In this document: piece after piece, positions 1 through 9,300 of the stretch
Position numbering within the stretch: position 1 is the stretch's first letter
Layout: each line of letters opens with the position of its first letter
NCBI GenBank assembly: GCA_964057225.1
Contig: OZ059896.1
Location: 20,584,001 to 20,648,000, forward strand
Length of the DNA stretch: 64,000 nucleotides
Origin: Auanema rhodensis
Lineage: Eukaryota > Animalia > Nematoda
Reading direction: 5' to 3'
Position numbers and translations under genes: made by a program
The notes under the pieces: model-generated
What the model was told of the DNA's origin: nothing
The model's database searches: none
Seen by the model: the letters and a program-made list of their open reading frames with translations, nothing else

Positions 1-110
1 TTCAAAATAATTTAGCAAAAAGTAGATGTTTTTAGATTCCATTTTTCAAGGCAAAGACGATAGACAATGTTATTCAACGAAAAAATTAATTCTTCAGGGT
101 GAAAATCGAG

Positions 111-132
111 GATATAAGTGTGAACTTACATC
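111..132. other. Intra-monomer inverted repeat 1: GATATAAGT-GTGA-ACTTA(T/C)ATC (9-bp stem, 4-nt loop), present in every monomer
   Basis: The reverse complement of GATATAAGT is ACTTATATC, the majority allele (e.g. monomer at 703). Monomer 1 carries the ACTTACATC mismatch allele. Confidence 0.9.
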
Positions 133-142
133 AGTTGATATC

Positions 143-209
143 TCGGTGCATTTTTAAGCTAGCGCAAATCTGATAACACAGATCGACGCAGCTTAAAAAT
201 CCGCATCGA
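143..209. other. Intra-monomer inverted repeat 2: ~67-nt fold-back, present in every monomer
   Basis: ATTTTTAAGCT (150-160) and AGCTTAAAAAT (190-200) form a perfect 11-bp stem. Inner pairs are GCG/CGC (162-164, 187-189) and ATCTG/CAGAT (168-172, 179-183) around the loop ATAACA. The outer pair is TCGGTGC/GCATCGA (143-149, 203-209) with one G-T. Confidence 0.9.
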
Positions 210-283
210 ATGCACTATACTACATTGAGAAACGCTTAATACAAAAATTAGTTATGATCGTTTGAAAAATGATGCATTAGTGT

Positions 284-311
284 ATGTTGAGTTTCCATGT
301 ACACTCAACAT
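284..311. other. Intra-monomer inverted repeat 3: ATGTTGAGT-N10-ACTCAACAT (perfect 9-bp stem), present in every monomer
   Basis: 284-292 is the exact reverse complement of 303-311. Confidence 0.9.
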
Positions 312-324
312 TGCTTCCAAAAAC

Positions 325-359
325 ATTTTGACAAAAATTTTTTCGAAAAATTTCAAAAT
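325..359. other. Intra-monomer inverted repeat 4: A/T-tract palindrome centred on TTTTTCGAAAAA
   Basis: Perfect 12-bp palindrome at 339-350, flanked by ATTTTGA (325-331) and TCAAAAT (353-359). Confidence 0.85.
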
Positions 360-3300
360 AATTTAGCAAAAAGTAGATGTTTTTAGATTCCTTTTTTTAA
401 GGCAAAGACGATGGACAATGTTATTCAACGAAAAAATTAATTCTTCAGGGTGAAAATCGAGGATATAAGTGTGAACTTACATCAGTTGATATCTCGGTGC
501 ATTTTTAAGCTAGCGCAAATCTGATAACACAGATCGACGCAGCTTAAAAATCCGCATCGAATGCACTATACTACATTGAGAAACGCTTAATACAAAAATT
601 AGTTATGATCGTTTGAAAAATGATGCATTAGTGTATGTTGAGTTTCCATGTACACTCAACATTGCTTCCAAAAACATTTTGACAAAATTTTTTTCGAAAA
701 ATTTCAAAATAATTTAGCAAACAGTAGATGTTTTTAGATTCCATTTTTCAAGGCAAAGACGATAGACAATGTTATTCTACGAAAAAATTAATTCTTCAGG
801 GTGAAAATCGAGGATATAAGTGTGAACTTATATCAGTTGATATCTCGGTGCATTTTTAAGCTAGCGCAAATCTGATAACACAGATCGACGCAGCTTAAAA
901 ATCCACATCGAATGCACTATACTACATTGAGAAACGCTTGATACAAAAATTAGTTATGATCGTTTGAAAAATGATGCATTAGTGTATGTTGAGTTTCCAT
1001 GTACACTCAACATTGCTTCCAAAAACATTTTGACAAAAATTTTTTCGAAAAATTTCAAAATAATTTAGCAAAAAGTAGATGTTTTTAGATTCCTTTTTTC
1101 AAGGCAAAGACGATGGACAATGTTATTCAACGAAAAAATTAATTCTTCAGGGTGAAAATCGAGGATATAAGTGTGAACTTATATCAGTTGATATCTCGGT
1201 GCATTTTTAAGCTAGCGCAAATCTGATAACACAGATCGGCGCAGCTTAAAATCCGCATCGAATGCACTATACTACATTGAGAAACGCTTGATACAAAAAT
1301 TAGTTATGATCGTTTGAAAAATGATGCATTAGTGTATGTTGAGTTTCCATGTACACTCAACATTGCTTCCAAAAACATTTTGACAAAAATTTTTTCGAAA
1401 AATTTCAAAATAATTTAGCAAAAAGTAGATGTTTTTAGATTCCTTTTTTCAAGGCAAAGACGATGGACAATGTTATTCAACGAAAAAATTAATTCTTCAG
1501 GGTGAAAATCGAGGATATAAGTGTGAACTTATATCAGTTGATATCTCGGTGCATTTTTAAGCTAGCGCAAATCTGATAACACAGATCGGCGCAGCTTAAA
1601 ATCCGCATCGAATGCACTATACTACATTGAGAAACGCTTGATACAAAAATTAGTTATGATCGTTTGAAAAATGATGCATTAGTGTATGTTGAGTTTCCAT
1701 GTACACTCAACATTGCTTCCAAAAACATTTTGACAAAAATTTTTTCGAAAAATTTCAAAATAATTTAGCAAAAAGTAGATGTTTTTAGATTCCATTTTTC
1801 AAGGCAAAGACGATAGACAATGTTATTCAACGAAAAAATTAATTCTTCAGGGTGAAAATCGAGGATATAAGTGTGAACTTACATCAGTTGATATCTCGGT
1901 GCATTTTTAAGCTAGCGCAAATCTGATAACACAGATCGACGCAGCTTAAAAATCCGCATCGAATGCACTATACTACATTGAGAAACGCTTAATACAAAAA
2001 TTAGTTATGATCGTTTGAAAAATGATGCATTAGTGTATGTTGAGTTTCCATGTACACTCAACATTGCTTCCAAAAACATTTTGACAAAAATTTTTTCGAA
2101 AAATTTCAAAATAATTTAGCAAAAAGTAGATGTTTTTAGATTCCTTTTTTTAAGGCAAAGACGATGGACAATGTTATTCAACGAAAAAATTAATTCTTCA
2201 GGGTGAAAATCGAGGATATAAGTGTGAACTTACATCAGTTGATATCTCGGTGCATTTTTAAGCTAGCGCAAATCTGATAACACAGATCGACGCAGCTTAA
2301 AAATCCGCATCGAATGCACTATACTACATTGAGAAACGCTTAATACAAAAATTAGTTATGATCGTTTGAAAAATGATGCATTAGTGTATGTTGAGTTTCC
2401 ATGTACACTCAACATTGCTTCCAAAAACATTTTGACAAAAATTTTTTCGAAAAATTTCAAAATAATTTAGCAAAAAGTAGATGTTTTTAGATTCCATTTT
2501 TCAAGGCAAAGACGATAGACAATGTTATTCAACGAAAAAATTAATTCTTCAGGGTGAAAATCGAGGATATAAGTGTGAACTTATATCAGTTGATATCTCG
2601 GTGCATTTTTAAGCTAGCGCAAATCTGATAACACAGATCGACGCAGCTTAAAAATCCGCATCGAATGCACTATACTACATTGAGAAACGTTTGATACAAA
2701 AATTAGTTATGATCGTTTGAAAAATGATGCATTAGTGTATGTTGAGTTTCCATGTACACTCAACATTGCTTCCAAAAACATTTTGACAAAAATTTTTTCG
2801 AAAAATTTCAAAATAATTTAGCAAAAAGTAGATGTTTTTAGATTCCTGTTTTTAAGGCAAAGACGATGGACAATGTTATTCAACGAAAAAATTAATTCTT
2901 CAGGGTGAAAATCGAGGATATAAGTGTGAACTTATATCAGTTGATATCTCGGTGCATTTTTAAGCTAGCGCAAATCTGATAACACAGATCGACGCAGCTT
3001 AAAACTTCGCATCGAATGCACTATACTACATTGAGAAACGCTTGATACAAAAATTAGTTATGATCGTTTGAAAAATGATGCATTAGTGTATGTTGAGTTT
3101 CCATGTACACTCAACATTGCTTCCAAAAACATTTTGACAAAAATTTTTTCGAAAAATTTCAAAATAATTTAGCAAAAAGTAGATGTTTTTAGATTTCTTT
3201 TTTTAAGGCAAAGACGATGGACAATGTTATTCAACGAAAAAATTAATTCTTCAGGGTGAAAATCGAGGATATAAGTGTGAACTTATATCAGTTGATATCT

Positions 3301-6300
3301 CGGTGCATTTTTAAGCTAGCGCAAATCTGATAACACAGATCGACGCAGTTTAAAAATCTGCATCGAATGCACTATACTACATCAAGAAACGCTTGATACA
3401 AAAATTAGTTATGATCGTTTGAAAAATGATGCATTAGTGTATGTTGAGTTTCCATGTACACTCAACATTGCTTCCAAAAACATTTTGACAAAAATTTTTT
3501 CGAAAAATTTCAAAATAATTTAGCAATAAGTAGATGTTTTTAGATTCCATTTTTCAAGGCAAAGACGATAGACAATGTTATTCAACGAAAAAATTAATTC
3601 TTCAGGGTGAAAATCGAGGATATAAGTGTGAACTTATATCAGTTGATATCTCGGTGCATTTTTAAGCTAGCGCAAATCTGATAACACAGATCGACGCAGC
3701 TTAAAAATTCGCATCGAATGCACTATACTACATTGAGAAACGCTTGATACAAAAATTAGTTATGATCGTTTGAAAAATGATGCATTAGTGTATGTTGAGT
3801 TTCCATGTACACTCAACATTGCTTCCAAAAACATTTTGACAAAAATTTTTTCGAAAAATTTCAAAATAATTTAGCAAAAAGTAGATGTTTTTAGATTCCT
3901 TTTTTCAAGGCAAAGACGATGGACAATGTTATTCAACGAAAAAATTAATTCTTCAGGGTGAAAATCGAGGATATAAGTGTGAACTTACATCAGTTGATAT
4001 CTCGGTGCATTTTCAAGCTAGCGCAAATCTGATAACACAGATCGACGCAGCTTAAAAATCCGCATCGAATGCACTATACTACATTGAGAAACGTTTGATA
4101 CAAAAATTAGTTATGATCGTTTGAAAAATGATGCATTAGTGTATGTTGAGTTTCCATGTACACTCAACATTGCTTCCAAAAACATTTTGACAAAAATTTT
4201 TTCGAAACATTTCAAAATAATTTAGCAAAAAGTAGAAGTTTTTAGATTCCTTTTTTCAAGGCAAAGACGATGGACAATGTTATTCAACGAAAAAATTAAT
4301 TCTTCAGGGTGAAAATCGAGGATATAAGTGTGAACTTACATCAGTTGATATCTCGGTGCATTTTTAAGCTAGCGCAAATCTGATAACACAGATCGACGCA
4401 GCTTAAAAATCCGCATCGAATGCACTATACTACATTGAGAAACGTTTGATACAAAAATTAGTTATGATCGTTTGAAAAATGATGCATTAGTGTATGTTGA
4501 GTTTCCATGTACACTCAACATTGCTTCCAAAAACATTTTGACAAAAATTTTTTCGAAAAATTTCAAAATAATTTAGCAAAAAGTAGATGTTTTTAGATTC
4601 CATTTTTCAAGGCAAAGACGATAGACAATGTTATTCAACGAAAAAATTAATTCTTCAGGGTGCAAATCGAGGATATAAGTGTGAACTTACATCAGTTGAT
4701 ATCTCGGTGCATTTTTAAGCTAGCGCAAATCTGATAACACAGATCGACGCAGCTTAAAAATCCGCATCGAATGCACTATACTACATTGAGAAACGCTTAA
4801 TACAAAAATTAGTTATGATCGTTTGAAAAATGATGCATTAGTGTATGTTGAGTTTCCATGTACACTCGACATTGCTTCCAAAAACATTTTGACAAAAATT
4901 TTTTCGAAAAATTTCAAAATAATTTAGCAAAAAGTAGATGTTTTTAGATTCCTTTTTTTAAGGCAAAGACGATGGACAATGTTATTCAACGAAAAAATTA
5001 ATTCTTCAGGGTGAAAATCGAGGATATAAGTGTGAACTTATATCAGTTGATATCTCGGTGCATTTTTAAGCTAGCGCAAATCTGATAACACAGATCGACG
5101 CAGCTTAAAAATCTGCATCGAATGCACTATACTACATCAAGAAACGCTTGATACAAAAATTAGTTATGATCGTTTGAAAAATGATGCATTAGTGTATGTT
5201 GAGTTTCCATGTACACTCAACATTGCTTCCAAAAACATTTTGACAAAATTTTTTTCGAAAAATTTCAAAATAATTTAGCAAACAGTAGATGTTTTTAGAT
5301 TCCATTTTTCAAGGCAAAGACGATAGACAATGTTATTCTACGAAAAAAGTAATTCTTCAGGGTGAAAATCGAGGATATAAGTGTGAACTTATATCAGTTG
5401 ATATCTCGGTGCATTTTTAAGCTAGCGCAAATCTGATAACACAGATCGACGCAGCTTAAAAATCCACATCGAATGCACTATACTACATTGAGAAACGCTT
5501 GATACAAAAATTAGTTATGATCGTTTGAAAAATGATGCATTAGTGTATGTTGAGTTTCCATGTACACTCAACATTGCTTCCAAAAACATTTTGACAAAAA
5601 TTTTTTCGAAAAATTTCAAAATAATTTAGCAAAAAGTAGATGTTTTTAGATTCCTTTTTTCAAGGCAAAGACGATGGACAATGTTATTCAACGAAAAAAT
5701 TAATTCTTCAGGGTGAAAATCGAGGATATAAGTGTGAACTTATATCAGTTGATATCTCGGTGCATTTTTAAGCTAGCGCAAATCTGATAACACAGATCGG
5801 CGCAGCTTAAAATCCGCATCGAATGCACTATACTACATTGAGAAACGCTTGATACAAAAATTAGTTATGATCGTTTGAAAAATGATGCATTAGTGTATGT
5901 TGAGTTTCCATGTACACTCAACATTGCTTCCAAAAACATTTTGACAAAAATTTTTTCGAAAAATTTCAAAATAATTTAGCAAAAAGTAGATGTTTTTAGA
6001 TTCCTTTTTTCAAGGCAAAGACGATGGACAATGTTATTCAACGAAAAAATTAATTCTTCAGGGTGAAAATCGAGGATATAAGTGTGAACTTATATCAGTT
6101 GATATCTCGGTGCATTTTTAAGCTAGCGCAAATCTGATAACACAGATCGGCGCAGCTTAAAATCCGCATCGAATGCACTATACTACATTGAGAAACGCTT
6201 GATACAAAAATTAGTTATGATCGTTTGAAAAATGATGCATTAGTGTATGTTGAGTTTCCATGTACACTCAACATTGCTTCCAAAAACATTTTGACAAAAA

Positions 6301-9300
6301 TTTTTTCGAAAAATTTCAAAATAATTTAGCAAAAAGTAGATGTTTTTAGATTCCATTTTTCAAGGCAAAGACGATAGACAATGTTATTCAACGAAAAAAT
6401 TAATTCTTCAGGGTGAAAATCGAGGATATAAGTGTGAACTTACATCAGTTGATATCTCGGTGCATTTTTAAGCTAGCGCAAATCTGATAACACAGATCGA
6501 CGCAGCTTAAAAATCCGCATCGAATGCACTATACTACATTGAGAAACGCTTGATACAAAAATTAGTTATGATCGTTTGAAAAATGATGCATTAGTGTATG
6601 TTGAGTTTCCATGTACACTCAACATTGCTTCCAAAAACATTTTGACAAAAATTTTTTCGAAAAATTTCAAAATAATTTAGCAAAAAGTAGATGTTTTTAG
6701 ATTCCATTTTTCAAGGCAAAGACGATAGACAATGTTATTCAACGAAAAAATTAATTCTTCAGGGTGAAAATCGAGGATATAAGTGTGAACTTACATCAGT
6801 TGATATCTCGGTGCATTTTTAAGCTAGCGCAAATCTGATAACACAGATCGACGCAGCTTAAAAATCCGCATCGAATGCACTATACTACATTGAGAAACGC
6901 TTAATACAAAAATTAGTTATGATCGTTTGAAAAATGATGCATTAGTGTATGTTGAGTTTCCATGTACACTCAACATTGCTTCCAAAAACATTTTGACAAA
7001 AATTTTTTCGAAAAATTTCAAAATAATTTAGCAAAAAGTAGATGTTTTTAGATTCCATTTTTCAAGGCAAAGACGATAGACAATGTTATTCAACGAAAAA
7101 ATTAATTCTTCAGGGTGAAAATCGAGGATATAAGTGTGAACTTACATCAGTTGATATCTCGGTGCATTTTTAAGCTAGCGCAAATCTGATAACACAGATC
7201 GACGCAGCTTAAAAATCCGCATCGAATGCACTATACTACATTGAGAAACGCTTAATACAAAAATTAGTTATGATCGTTTGAAAAATGATGCATTAGTGTA
7301 TGTTGAGTTTCCATGTACACTCAACATTGCTTCCAAAAACATTTTGACAAAAATTTTTTCGAAAAATTTCAAAATAATTTAGCAAAAAGTAGATGTTTTT
7401 AGATTCCTTTTTTTAAGGCAAAGACGATGGACAATGTTATTCAACGAAAAAATTAATTCTTCAGGGTGAAAATCGAGGATATAAGTGTGAACTTACATCA
7501 GTTGATATCTCGGTGCATTTTTAAGCTAGCGCAAATCTGATAACACAGATCGACGCAGCTTAAAAATCCGCATCGAATGCACTATACTACATTGAGAAAC
7601 GCTTAATACAAAAATTAGTTATGATCGTTTGAAAAATGATGCATTAGTGTATGTTGAGTTTCCATGTACACTCAACATTGCTTCCAAAAACATTTTGACA
7701 AAAATTTTTTCGAAAAATTTCAAAATAATTTAGCAAAAAGTAGATGTTTTTAGATTCCATTTTTCAAGGCAAAGACGATAGACAATGTTATTCAACGAAA
7801 AAATTAATTCTTCAGGGTGAAAATCGAGGATATAAGTGTGAACTTATATCAGTTGATATCTCGGTGCATTTTTAAGCTAGCGCAAATCTGATAACACAGA
7901 TCGACGCAGCTTAAAAATCCGCATCGAATGCACTATACTACATTGAGAAACGTTTGATACAAAAATTAGTTATGATCGTTTGAAAAATGATGCATTAGTG
8001 TATGTTGAGTTTCCATGTACACTCAACATTGCTTCCAAAAACATTTTGACAAAAATTTTTTCGAAAAATTTCAAAATAATTTAGCAAAAAGTAGATGTTT
8101 TTAGATTCCTGTTTTTAAGGCAAAGACGATGGACAATGTTATTCAACGAAAAAATTAATTCTTCAGGGTGAAAATCGAGGATATAAGTGTGAACTTATAT
8201 CAGTTGATATCTCGGTGCATTTTTAAGCTAGCGCAAATCTGATAACACAGATCGACGCAGCTTAAAAATTCGCATCGAATGCACTATACTACATTGAGAA
8301 ACGCTTGATACAAAAATTAGTTATGATCGTTTGAAAAATGATGCATTAGTGTATGTTGAGTTTCCATGTACACTCAACATTGCTTCCAAAAACATTTTGA
8401 CAAAAATTTTTTCGAAAAATTTCAAAATAATTTAGCAAAAAGTAGATGTTTTTAGATTTCTTTTTTTAAGGCAAAGACGATGGACAATGTTATTCAACGA
8501 AAAAATTAATTCTTCAGGGTGAAAATCGAGGATATAAGTGTGAACTTATATCAGTTGATATCTCGGTGCATTTTTAAGCTAGCGCAAATCTGATAACACA
8601 GATCGACGCAGTTTAAAAATCTGCATCGAATGCACTATACTACATCAAGAAACGCTTGATACAAAAATTAGTTATGATCGTTTGAAAAATGATGCATTAG
8701 TGTATGTTGAGTTTCCATGTACACTCAACATTGCTTCCAAAAACATTTTGACAAAAATTTTTTCGAAAAATTTCAAAATAATTTAGCAAAAAGTAGATGT
8801 TTTTAGATTCCATTTTTCAAGGCAAAGACGATAGACAATGTTATTCAACGAAAAAATTAATTCTTCAGGGTGAAAATCGAGGATATAAGTGTGAACTTAT
8901 ATCAGTTGATATCTCGGTGCATTTTTAAGCTAGCGCAAATCTGATAACACAGATCGACGCAGCTTAAAAATCCGCATCGAATGCACTATACTACATTGAG
9001 AAACGTTTGATACAAAAATTAGTTATGATCGTTTGAAAAATGATGCATTAGTGTATGTTGAGTTTCCATGTACACTCAACATTGCTTCCAAAAACATTTT
9101 GACAAAAATTTTTTCGAAAAATTTCAAAATAATTTAGCAAAAAGTAGAAGTTTTTAGATTCCTTTTTTCAAGGCAAAGACGATGGACAATGTTATTCAAC
9201 GAAAAAATTAATTCTTCAGGGTGAAAATCGAGGATATGAGTGTGAACTTACATCAGTTGATATCTCGGTGCATTTTTAAGCTAGCGCAAATCTGATAACA

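Larger units (their letters stand above)
1..351 (+). repeat. Representative monomer (arbitrary phase), 351 bp, ~31% GC, rich in A/T tracts
   Basis: The sequence restarts exactly at 352. Hand count: G=56, C=54, 12 CpG. Stop codons occur in all six frames within the first 50 bp. Confidence 0.98.

Noticed and set aside
40-110. Hammerhead ribozyme on the minus strand (CUGAAGA from TCTTCAG 91-97, with a downstream GAAA), as known from some transcribed satellites
   Set aside because: No stem II can form between CUGAAGA and the GAAA, and I found no stem I/III partners. The plus-strand CTGATAA (170-176) does not fit CUGANGA. An Infernal search with Rfam hammerhead models would settle it.
111-162. 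Helitron 3' terminus (hairpin followed by CTAG at 159-162)
   Set aside because: The upstream hairpins are AT-rich and not at the typical spacing, the CTAG lies inside another stem, and there is no flanking or 5' end evidence.
1-351. Giant repetitive protein gene (351 bp = 117 codons, so frame would be preserved)
   Set aside because: All six frames are closed early in the monomer (+: TAG 13-15, TAA 8-10, TAG 33-35; -: TCA 46-48, TCA 2-4, TTA 12-14). In addition, 31 monomers have frameshifting 1-bp indels.
1-351. Tandem 5S rRNA, tRNA, snRNA or spliced-leader gene array
   Set aside because: I found no recognisable 5S sequence, tRNA cloverleaf with T-loop motif, or known spliced-leader sequence on either strand.
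1-351. Drosophila 1.688 (359-bp) satellite or primate alpha-satellite dimer
   Set aside because: The length is similar, but the sequence does not resemble these consensuses as I recall them, and there is no clear 171-175 bp internal dimer.
341-357. CENP-B box (TTCG-N4-A-N2-CGGG)
   Set aside because: Only the TTCG....A half matches; the CGGG half is absent (TCAA).
411-440. Short ORF ATG GAC AAT GTT ATT CAA CGA AAA AAT TAA in G62-type monomers
   Set aside because: It has only 9 codons, which is expected by chance, and there is no supporting signal.
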